A stretch of DNA of 64,000 bases from Octopus vulgaris (taxonomy: Eukaryota), in assembly GCA_951406725.2 (NCBI GenBank), contig OX597831.1:46686001-46750000 (forward strand). The letters are read 5' to 3'. The position numbers and the translations under genes were made by a program. The notes beneath the pieces are model-generated. The model was given only the letters and a program-made list of their open reading frames with translations. It was not told the origin of the DNA and made no database searches. Shown here one piece after another: positions 52,536-64,000 of this stretch (the first letter of the stretch is position 1; every line of letters starts with the position of its first letter).

Positions 52536-53082
52536 CGGTGTACATACACTTTGGTCTCTTATATGTAAAAATATATTTATCTAGATCTTGAACTACTCTA
52601 TTCTTTTATTCTTTTATTCTTTCTACTAGCCTTTTCATGCATACTTCATTCATTCCACTCTTCGTTCTTTCGTTCCCCCTCTCTCATATTTCATTTCCTT
52701 CTCTTCATGCTCACTATCCCTCCTCTTTTCACTTCACTGTGTCCCTGTCAGTTTTTCTCGCACCTCCTTATTTCTTCTGTCCCTCTGCCTCTACCCCACT
52801 CTCTTCTCTCCACACGCGACCGGTGTTCGGCCAAGCCTGACCTTTCTCTCTTGTTTCGGCCGTTGTCCGTGCAACATCTATATTCTTCCCTGCGCCTGTG
52901 AAATCTTGCATCAAGGAGCATTTTGAATGCTAGGCAAATATTCTTTTTAAAAACTTTTCTTTTGATGTTTCCAAAATTTAATTGTTTTCCATACTTACAG
53001 TTGAAAATATCTCAATAACTGGAACCGATACTGAAATGTTTTTTATAAAATTATTTTAGCGTTTTCCACCTTGACTTTTTTT

Positions 53083-53118
<36 letters not shown>

Positions 53119-53312
53119 TTAAAGTAGTGGAAATGGCTAAAAAACATTTTGGCTGCTATTTCTAGAAAGTTCAGTATGTGGCAAAGTAATTTATTTTACT
53201 AAGCCCTAATTATATAATGTAATATTTTGAATACGCCTTAAATGATCCTTTTACATACTGAACACTACTTAGTGAAATTGATTAATAACTAATTAATTTT
53301 ACCCTCAATTAT

Positions 53313-53364
<52 letters not shown>

Positions 53365-53368
<4 letters not shown>

Positions 53369-53523
53369 GAACAAATCGACGTCAGGCCTTCTACTTATTC
53401 TATCGGTCTCTTTTGCTGGACCGCTAGGTTGCAGGAGCATAAACAAACCAGCACAGCTTGTCAAGCAGTAACGTGGGGACAAACACATACACAAAGACAC
53501 ACACACATACTGTTTATATATAT

Positions 53524-53569
<46 letters not shown>

Positions 53570-53925
53570 AGAGGATTTTTCAGTTTCCTATTTCTTTATT
53601 GCCCACAAGGGGCTAAACACAGAGGGGACAAACAAGGACAGACAAAGGGATTAAGTCGATTACATCGACCCCAGTGCGAAACTGGTACTTAATTTATCGA
53701 CCCCGAAAGGATGAAAGTCTACCTCGGCGGAATTTGAACTCAGAACGCAGCGGCGGACGAAATACCACAAAGCATTTCGCCCGGCGTGCTAACGTTTCTG
53801 TCCTACCAAACCTACCCACAAGGCTTTGGTCGACCCGAGGCTATAGTAGAAGACACTTGCCAAAAGTGCTACACAGTGGGAACCACGTAGCTGTGAAGTA
53901 AGCTTCTTACCACACAACCACACAT
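53365..53925 (-). mobile_element. SINE family B with a nested SINE A2 (about 53590-53800)
   Basis: Family-B halves on both sides of an A2 body. Confidence 0.85.
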
Positions 53926-54084
53926 GCACAATATTATGTAATGTTTTATATCTTTATTATATATAATATATCTTTTATATTGTATATCCCACCATCGTCA
54001 AAGGTAGAATGTAAGAGATAGGGGTGTGTGTGTGTGCGTTTGGTTATTTGATGAAAGTGTAGTAGTGTATGTGTGAGCATGCTT

Positions 54085-54506
54085 ACTCTTTACTCTCTTT
54101 ACTATTTTACTTGTTTCAGTCATTTGACTGAGGCCATGCTGGAACACCGCCTTTAATCGTGCATATCGACCCCAGGACTTATTCTTTGTAAGCCTAGTAC
54201 TTATTCTATCGGTTAACTTTTGCCGAACCGCTAGGTTACGGAGACGTATACACACCAGCATCAGTTGCGAAGCGATGTTGGGGGGGACAGAGATACACAA
54301 ACATATACACACATACATACACACATATATATACATATATACGACGGGCTTCTTACAGTTTCCGTCTACCAAAACCGCTCACAAGGCTTTGGTCGCCCGA
54401 GTCTATAGTAGAAGACACTTGCCGAAAGTGCCCCGCAGTGGGACTGAACCCGGGACCATGTTGTCAGTAAGCAAGCTACTTACCACACAGCCACTCCTAC
54501 GCCTAT
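54085..54506 (-). mobile_element. SINE family B, full length
   Basis: Reverse complement of the consensus. Confidence 0.92.
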
Positions 54507-54993
54507 AGTTGACACTGGTAAAATCTATGATCCGTTACAATATAAGATAACTGAGTGTATATATTGTTTATACTTATACTATGCTTAATCTGCTCAGTAA
54601 TTAACCAGTCATTCAATCTGGGTATAAATGTTGATAACAAATATGTATGCTGTTTTTCCCAACCCCCAACTCATAGTAGGAAATGTCAGCCATGGAAGTA
54701 AAACTACTATTCTCAGTCCACTGTTTTATCCAATGTCTTTCAACCGGAGGCTGTCTGATGCAAGCTGTCATCAACAGGGTTTTAAGCAGAGCATTTGACA
54801 AAGTTTGTCTTTGTCATACAACAATGCAGTAAATGTTGTCAAGTGCCTCTGAAGTAAGTGGTTTCTGTGTCTTATAGTATAAAAGATGAAAGACATAAAA
54901 CAAGAAATACCACCACTCATAGAATATGAAATACAGTATATGGAAAAAGAAAAACATGTCTGAATGGACTGGCTTCATGATATATAAATATAT

Positions 54994-55040
<47 letters not shown>

Positions 55041-55125
55041 CACAGATAGATAGATATAAATATATATATATATAAACATACATATATACAGATAGATATA
55101 AATATATAGATATATATATATACAA

Positions 55126-55178
<53 letters not shown>

Positions 55179-55399
55179 TACATATACATACATATATACA
55201 TATACATATATGTATATATATATATATAGATATACACATACATAAAGATATATACGTACATATATATACATGCATATATTTACATACATACATATATATA
55301 TATATATGCATACATATATGCTAATATGCATTATAAATATATATATATATACACACACACATATGCACACACACATTCACACACACATGTACAGATATA

Positions 55400-55560
55400 T
55401 ATAGTTGAAATTTACAGGAAGACAAAAGACGATGACAGGTGTATAAAAAACAAGTAGGTGTATTAGCTTCATACTCAGGAAGTTGAGAAAGTCTTTTACG
55501 TTTCGAGCCTATGCTCTTCAACAGAAAGGAACACAAGGAAATAAACAGAGACAGAATATA
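55400..55560 (-). mobile_element. PLE-like terminal fragment with a hammerhead-like variant (55493-55528)
   Basis: Minus: CTTT-CTGTTGA-A-GAGC-ATAG-GCTC-GAAA-CG-TA-AAAG. Confidence 0.55.
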
Positions 55561-55620
55561 TATAAAAACATATACACATATATATATATATAAATTTATA
55601 CATATACATGTGTATATATG

Positions 55621-55651
<31 letters not shown>

Positions 55652-56144
55652 GTGTCTGCATATATATGTATGCATATACATATATATATATGTATACATA
55701 TATATATATATATGCATACACAAACACACACACACACATATATATATATTTACATATGTATATATATATGTGTGTATGCATGTGTTACATTGAAAAAATG
55801 CTAATTCAAAGGACACTTTAAAGTCAATTTCAACAATCTAAAAAAATTAACCTAAGTGTCTATATTGAATACTTTATTAGAACATGTTTAGCTTGGTTTT
55901 ATGTAGATGGATATGATGTCAAAACTGTACCTACTAATATACATATATATATGTATATATATATATATATATATGTATATTTATATATATATGTATATAT
56001 ATATGTATATATCGAACTCTCTCATGCACCAAATAGCAGTTGCTAGAAAGCCTCCATGAAGTGAAACCAATTAGCAACGCCAAATGGCGGTGCCCCAGCA
56101 TGGCCACAGCTCATAAGCTGAAACTAGAATCAATCAATCAATCA

Positions 56145-56198
<54 letters not shown>

Positions 56199-57019
56199 TA
56201 TATGTATATGTGTGTGTTTGTGTGTATGATATAGTTTCATCAAATTTACAGTCTTAATGTGTCCATTTGTTGGCCTATTTGACCATTCATAGCTGTCTAA
56301 TAAATAATTCCTGTGACTTTCAGTCACAAATTAATTCTTAATTGATACCTGATGAGCGATAGGAGTTTCAAAGTAGAATGCTTTGCAATATGGCAGACTT
56401 ACAACAAGTTTGAACTTTCTATATATGCTTGTAATTATATATATATATATTTACACACACACAAAGATACACTCACACAAGCTCACACACACATACATAT
56501 GCATGTATATATGTATAAATGCATGAATGTAATGTATATATATATATATATATATATATCACAATTTATGCTCTTTTATCAGCTACAATACCAGAGTATC
56601 ATTAATGATTTCAATTCTGACCATTGTGAAAACTTAAGTTGCAGAAAAGTAACAGAAATTTTATTGAAGGCAAGATATACATACATGCATATATACATAC
56701 ATACATGCATACCTAAATACATACATAAATATATGCATACATATATATATATACATATATATATATGTATATATATATATTTATATATTATATTTATATA
56801 ATTGTCTGTGTATTGCATTTTACTATACTATTTTAGTCTAATATATATATACATAGAAATATAAATATATAAACAAATATTTATACATACATATTTATAA
56901 ATACTTATATACATATATATATATATATATGCACTCATTCTTATATATATATATATATACATATGTACATACATGAATATATATGTATACATACATACGT
57001 ACAAATATATATATACATA

Positions 57020-57230
57020 TATATATAATATTAATTAGAGACAAAACTTTTTACTTTTTATTAAAATTTTATGTATTGATTAAGTCTTTCCTTGTTTGTT
57101 TTGCAAAATAGTGATTTTGTCTCTAATTAATATTATATAATATTTTACTATAAAATTGGATTTAATCCTAAATCTGATTTTTTCCCTGTAAATTTGGATT
57201 TATTCCCTAATATTTATTATACATATATAT
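57020..57230 (+). mobile_element. PLE-like terminal fragment (same family as 42370) with a short inverted end
   Basis: 57058-57128 is the reverse complement of 42376-42446; about 57022-57046 is inverted relative to 57116-57139. Confidence 0.7.
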
Positions 57231-57687
57231 ATATATATAAACACATATATACATATACATCATTATTGATTATATATATATATATATATATTTGTAATTG
57301 TCTGCTGTATACATTTTTATACGATATGTTTGTTAGTCTAATAAGTATGGTTGTTTCTACAGTCATGGAAAATCAGAGTATTATGCTGGTATAACACATT
57401 TATTACGAAAATAACATACAAAACATTAGGCAGTATTATAAATTAATAAACACATATCACTTGCTTCTCGCATTTCACAGGGTTCGGTGGCTTATGTCTG
57501 TATTAACTTCATTGATATTGCTCCCACCTCTGGGAGCGTTGATAGTTTGTAAAGTTCAATTGAAATAATTTTGGATTTCATTGGAATGATTTTGTTGAGG
57601 TGGGTTGTTAAGTTTGATGAATGGAATCTTAAAATGCTCATGTGTATATGAAACTGTGTACGCACATATAAATGTGTCCACATATAA

Positions 57688-57739
<52 letters not shown>

Positions 57740-58990
57740 TGGAAGTATATGTACACATACACACACATATATATATATTTATTATATATATAGATAGACA
57801 GATATTAAGTATATATATATATATATCTTGTGTGTGTTGTGGGGGTTATATATAAAAAATAAAATTTATGTCCCTCAATTTCAATAGTATTCAACACTTT
57901 GCTCGATGGACGAGCTTAACCGTCGAATTTACATTGGTTTTGATCATTTCAAAACCATATATAACCTTAATGTAATTCTGAGTCACATTCAGTGTCACAC
58001 AGGATGTGACAAAGCCTGACATTTGCATTACACATCAGATACAGTCCCTATTATAGGCCTCCACACGTTTCCTATCAACCCAATTTTACCAGAAACCTTG
58101 GGTTGCCCTGAGGCTCTGAGTAAAAAAAAAAAAAATTTAACCCACTTCAACAAGAGCCATGTGCTGAGTGTGCAATCTGCATCACTTTAGTATGAAGTGA
58201 ATTTCTTAACTACTCAACCCTGCCTAAACATTTGTTGTTTGTTTAAATGGGGACTGATTTTATATCAGTGTTAATGAAGCTATTTGCGATGCTGGTTGTA
58301 TTGGGAATGATATGGTATAATATTAGGTCAGATTTAAATGTAAACCACTGGAGACAGTTCTTTCAAATAGTGAATGTTTTTATAGTCTCTTCATTTTATC
58401 AATCACTATTCAATGTAAAATCCGACAATTCAAGCAACATTATATACAATATGTTTATATGTATGTGTGTGTGTGTGTGTGTGTGAGTGTGTAGCATCAA
58501 AGTTTCTTTTATAATTGTCTTTCATCGTGATCACTCTCGTAATCTACTTCGCCATTCCCATCTCTACCTTCATCATATATTTCATCCCCTTCCTTCTCAC
58601 CATCTTCCTTCGCGGTAGCATTATCATCATTGTTTCTTCGTTGTAGTCTACATTTCATTGATTAATTTACAAACAGGTGAGGATGAATGTATACATACAG
58701 TGAAACCTCACAAGCCACCTGGTTTAATAATCTAGGCTAGTAATCAACTATACTGTATGTACATACATCCATATATATATTAGGATATATGTATATTTAT
58801 AAATATACATGACTGTGTGTGGTGGTGTGAGTATGTTGATGCGTACATCCATGTATTGTGTTGTTGTTCTGGTTGAGAATCCGGTTTCTACCAGTTTTAA
58901 TTAATAAACACCATTGTTTGTTTTTCTTGTCTTTAATTCAAGTAACATAGCAGTTGTAGCCTCTTTCTACTCGTCCAGTATCTAAAGTAA

Positions 58991-59046
<56 letters not shown>

Positions 59047-59700
59047 TATGCACATACACACCGGGTTAAATTCGAAACATCAGTTCAAGAATTCAATTGT
59101 CCGAAATGATGTTAGTTCTTTCTCTTTTTCTTTTAAGATCTTTTTTTTTTTTGGTGTCTATCAGATTGTTCTTTGACATCAAAGATTACAGCTATATATA
59201 TATATTGTTTATTATATATATTATATATTACATATATACATATATATGTGGTATTAGTGTTTCTATATAAACACACAAGTCCAGTTTAGGTCCTGCCCAG
59301 TGAACTTGGTTTTAACCCATTGTGATCGGAATTTCAAGGAGAATGGTTGGTTTATTGCAGTTTGATTTCTTGATTGCTTTATACACAAATTGGTTTGGGT
59401 CATTGTAGAAAAAGTTGAAGAACGGCAAGTTTTTAGTGTAGTTTGGTTATAGAGGGACACCATATGTAGTTGCTGACATCCTGAAAAGAAAAAAAAAGAA
59501 GAATGATTATCCATACATAAAGAGAAGTTCTTTATTATGTAACAAAGGTGCATCTTAACAGGTTATACTGAAGGACTTTTAACATTTATGGTCGATAAAA
59601 TAATGGTGCGCAAATATTTTTCAAGCATGCTAACAATTATATATATATGCATACATGGACACACAAACACACACGTATGCACAATATTTATAAGCTGTAT

Positions 59701-59905
59701 AAGGCGGCGAGCTGGCAAAACAGAACGCTAGGCAATGTGTTCAGCAGTATTTCGTCCGTCTTTAAGGTCTGTGTTCAAATTCCAACATAGTGCTTTTTGT
59801 CTTTCACCCTTTCAGGTTCAATAAAATGGGTATCAGTCGAGTACTTGGAGGTCGGTGTAATCGACTGACATTGAAATTGCTGGCCTTGCGCCAAAATTTG
59901 AAATG
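59701..59905 (+). mobile_element. SINE family A, diverged
   Basis: GGCGGCGAGCTGGCA head, GCCAAAATTTGAAA tail. Confidence 0.8.
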
Positions 59906-60275
59906 AACATTTATCAGCTTATATAACCACGCAAGTAATTCAAGGGATTCATGTTTAAAGTGAAAGAATTTGACAAACACAACAGTATTTAAACAATTCA
60001 CTGTGTACATAGGGTAAATTAGAAAATTCGTTCAAGAAAGATCCCTCGACGGAAACAGACAAAGCACATTGTTGTGTGCTAATAGAAATTTTCAAAATCC
60101 ATTCAGTAGTGGTTGTAAGCAAATGTGCAACATACACATATACATAGATATGCACTCCTCCCCACCAAACACACACACACACACACACAGATATTTATAT
60201 ATATATATATGTATGTATATATATATCAAATATGCGTTTGTATGTGTGTATAGGTGTACAAATGGAATCAGATAA

Positions 60276-60313
<38 letters not shown>

Positions 60314-60360
60314 TTATGTATATATAAATCATATAAACGTTTATATTCATATGTATGTAC

Positions 60361-60391
<31 letters not shown>

Positions 60392-60397
60392 TATATG

Positions 60398-60449
<52 letters not shown>

Positions 60450-61151
60450 CATACATACACATATATATACATATATATGCATATATATATACATACATAT
60501 ATATATGGAAATATATATATACGTACATACACATATAATATGCATATACGTAAGTGTATGTAAGTTTTGTGCAAAATATATATTTTGTTCTTTTTTTTTG
60601 TACACAAAGTCACATGAATGCTAGAGAATGAGGACCAAAAAATGATTATGCCAAACATATACTGAAAAATTGATTCTATATAAAATTGAAAACAAAATGT
60701 TATTGGTATAAGAGATAGAATGCCATATCTCTACACCCATTACTGTGAGTAGCAGAAAAAAATATAAAACAAACAGGAAAAAAAAAGTAAGGTAATAGTG
60801 AACAAAATTTGTTCAAGTGAAGCATTCTTCTCCAAATTTCATTGAATAATGGTCTAAATATGGTGGAATCAAACTAAAATAATCTATAGGCAGTATCTAT
60901 TTCATTGAACAGACAATGTACATTATTTGGCAGCAATGGCATTGATTTCTATTGAACGCGGCAGTAAAATGTTAAGGAGGATGATATCTATCTAACAGGA
61001 TTAAGACCTAATCTGTGTAAGCGTAGATATGTGCGTGGAAGAGGTGTAAGTCTCTTTTATATAAATACTGTGCAGGAAGGAAATAGGAAATTTTCAGCAG
61101 TGTACCATTTATGATTGAACGCAGCTTTATGAGTAAATGCGATTTTATGAC

Positions 61152-61207
<56 letters not shown>

Positions 61208-61444
61208 GTATGTAGGTAGGTATGTAAGTAGGTAGGTAGGTAGGTAGGTAGATAGGTAGGTAGGTAGGTAGGTAGGTAGGTAGGTAGGTAGGTAGGTAGG
61301 TACGTAGGTAGGTAGGTATATGTTTGAGTATATGCGTTTATACACATTATATATATTAATAATGGTAGTCTCTCGTAGTTCGAGAAAGACGATTCAGAAA
61401 TTTCTTACTGAACAAGTTCTGCAAATGATTCATTTATATTGTTT

Positions 61445-61562
61445 ATGGTTCCTGGTTCAGTCGCACTGCATGGCACCTTGAGCAAGTGTCTTCTACTATA
61501 GCCTCGGGCCGACCAAAGCCTTGTGAGTGGATTTGGTAGACGGAAACTGAAAGAAGCCCGTC

Positions 61563-61649
<87 letters not shown>

Positions 61650-61885
61650 TATATATACACATGTATGAGTGTATATGTTTGTGTGTCTGTGTTTGGCCCC
61701 CCAAACATCGCTTGGCAACCGATGCTGGTGTGTTTGCGTCCCCGTAACTTAACGGTTCGACAAAAGAGAACGATAGATTAAGTACTAACAAAGAATAAGT
61801 CCTTGGGTCCATTTGCTCGACTAAAGGTGGTGCCCCAGCATGGCCGCAGTCAAATGACTGAAACAAGTAAAAGAGTAAAAGAGAG
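61445..61885 (+). mobile_element. SINE family B, 5'-truncated
   Basis: Consensus body and tail. Confidence 0.88.
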
Positions 61886-62411
61886 TGATCGAATAGATAT
61901 GCGTCTCATAAGCTCATTCCTTCTTTGGAGTCGACCTTATCCTTATGTGTGGCACAATGTACCATACGTCAAATATTGAAGTGATCGCAGAGCTGCCTGA
62001 GGGGATGCGTGTTGCTCAAGAACACAACATTCACCCGGTCCAGGAATATTAGCCATCATTACGATCTCTTGATCGTAACTGCAATACCCCAACCACTAGG
62101 CCATACTGAAGCACACACACACGCACACACACACACACACAAACACACAGATGATGGTTGTATGAGTGAAAATGCGTAAGACTCGAAATCGGTACTTTAG
62201 CGAGTAGAAATACTTTACTGCTTGCAGTCGTAAATTTGGGAAATTAACAAGTAATTGTAGCACTAAATTCAAACAGATACATGATTCCCAACAAGTTAGC
62301 TGTCTTAGTTTTATTACTGAGAACGAACTGTTTAGTAGTGTTCCACGACTCTAGTCTGCTAAGGGACACGTTAATATTCCTATAAATCTAAGACGGCGAG
62401 CTGGCAGAATC

Positions 62412-62613
62412 TTTTCTACTCTAGGCACCAAGACCCGAAATTTTGGGGGAGGGAATCAGTCGATTAGATCGATCCCAGTACACAACTGGTACTTAATTTA
62501 TCGAAGGATGAAAGTCAAAGTTGACCTCGGCGGAATATGAACTCAGAACGTAAAAACAGACGAAATACCTCTATTCCGCCCGGTGTGCTAACGATTCTGC
62601 CAGCTCGCCGCCT
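62412..62613 (-). mobile_element. SINE family A
   Basis: Full body ending GATTCTGCCAGCTCGCCGCC. Confidence 0.88.
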
Positions 62614-63349
62614 TGTATATAGCAAAGTATAGTATTGAACAGTATGTATAGCTTGAACACCAGGAACATAACAAAAAATCTCACTAAACTGAAACATCAA
62701 TAGTTCACCCATTTAAGTTACAGATTTTCAATTTGGAAAACTGCAAGTTTCAATTCTAATTAGTGACGCTCCTATTGTATTTGATTGATATTGTTACTGT
62801 TTATTGTGTCTATTGCTGCTATTAGGCGTGAAGGTTATGGCAGTGACGACGGTGGATGTGGTGGCGTAAGCAATATGTAACTATGATAGAACTGCGTTGT
62901 AGAATCAACGTAACAAGCTTTAGTTGTTTCACCTTTATTTAACACCAAACCGTAAGATTGTTTAAAGCTCATTAGTGTTGTCTTCAATAATCCTCAGCTA
63001 AAGCGTAAATATCAGTGAATTAAAGAGTCGAAGATGGCGTAGATCAGACACATAATCATCATAGTCGTAACAAACACACACACATACACACACACACGCG
63101 CACGGACACACACACAAATTATCAGCTAAGATTTTAATAGGCTATGTATTAAATCTTGCACGTTTACAAACAGCAATTTGCAACTGAAAAGAAACAAATT
63201 CACTGCAGGAAATCGTATCAAGTAAATTTCTTCTACTTTGGCAGGCTAGTTACCAGTTAACATGCCGGTCGTGTGACTGGTGTGTTAACTTCTTTAGATT
63301 AGGTTTAACTGTCCATCTTCATTAAGTGAACTTTTACCTCCAAGATATC

Positions 63350-63566
63350 CTTTTTTACTCTAGGCACAAGGTCCGAAATTTTGGGGGAAGAGGGGGGCAG
63401 TCGATTAGATGTACCCCAGTACGTAACTGGTACTTAATTTATCGAGCCCGAAAGGATGAAAGGTAAAGTTTATCTCGGCGGAATTTGAACTCAGAACGTA
63501 ACGGCAGACGAAATCCCGCTATGCATTTCGTCCGGTGTGCAAACGTTTCTGCCAGCTCACCGCCTT
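63350..63566 (-). mobile_element. SINE family A with an 18-bp target-site duplication
   Basis: TTTTACCTCCAAGATATC at 63332-63349 and 63567-63584. Confidence 0.92.
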
Positions 63567-63685
63567 TTTTACCTCCAAGATATCTCCCAAATTTCACTAT
63601 CACCTGAGCGCTCACAAGCACACACACACACACACACACGCACACACACACACACACAAACACACACTCACACTCAGACACACAC

Positions 63686-63720
<35 letters not shown>

Positions 63721-63749
63721 TGTATGTATGTATATGTATGTATGTATGT

Positions 63750-63941
63750 TGGCGATTTTTTTTTTTCCTCCGTCTTCCCTTCTCTCGATCTTCTCTTTTC
63801 CTATGTTTCTGATGAAGAGCTCCGCCCGAAACGTTAAACCCTCCTTCTTCCCTTCCTTCTTGAGCGTCCAATAATACTATATTTGTTCCACGTCCTCGCG
63901 TTGTTGTGTTTTCTCTTTGTGTTTTCATGTTTGGATTAACT
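63750..63941 (+). mobile_element. PLE-like terminal fragment with a hammerhead variant (63805-63839)
   Basis: GTTT-CTGATGA-A-GAGC-TCC-GCCC-GAAA-CG-TT^-AAAC, located between (TATG)n and (TA)n. Confidence 0.62.
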
Positions 63942-64000
63942 ATATATATATATATAAATATGTATATATGAATATATATACATACATATATATATATATA

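Noticed and set aside
56349-56390. CTGATGAGCG core-like motif (similar cases at 8617- and 23313+)
   Set aside because: No correctly placed GAAA and stems

Overview
AT-rich, microsatellite-saturated eukaryotic intergenic or intronic DNA. The SINE set and repeat landscape look like an octopus/cephalopod genome (inference from recalled repeats, not searched). No intact protein-coding gene is recognisable, and nearly all supplied ORFs are translations of simple repeats. The window holds about 40 copies of several tRNA-derived SINE families, two internally deleted mariners sharing one deletion, a foldback mariner, a decayed Tc1, two non-autonomous Helitrons, RTE and R4/Dong LINE fragments, and many Penelope-like element (PLE) remnants. 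The most notable signals are: (1) at least five well-formed and several variant minimal type-I hammerhead ribozymes with palindromic stem III, in apparently distinct repeats; (2) a decayed, small-intron, minus-strand gene-like segment at 7.9-9.2 kb with an RRM-like motif and a 186-nt 'intron' that is itself a tandem duplication around CAG|GT; (3) a chain of Dong-like LINEs inside (TAA)n; (4) several fold-back or templated-duplication insertion scars. All alignments and folds were done by eye.
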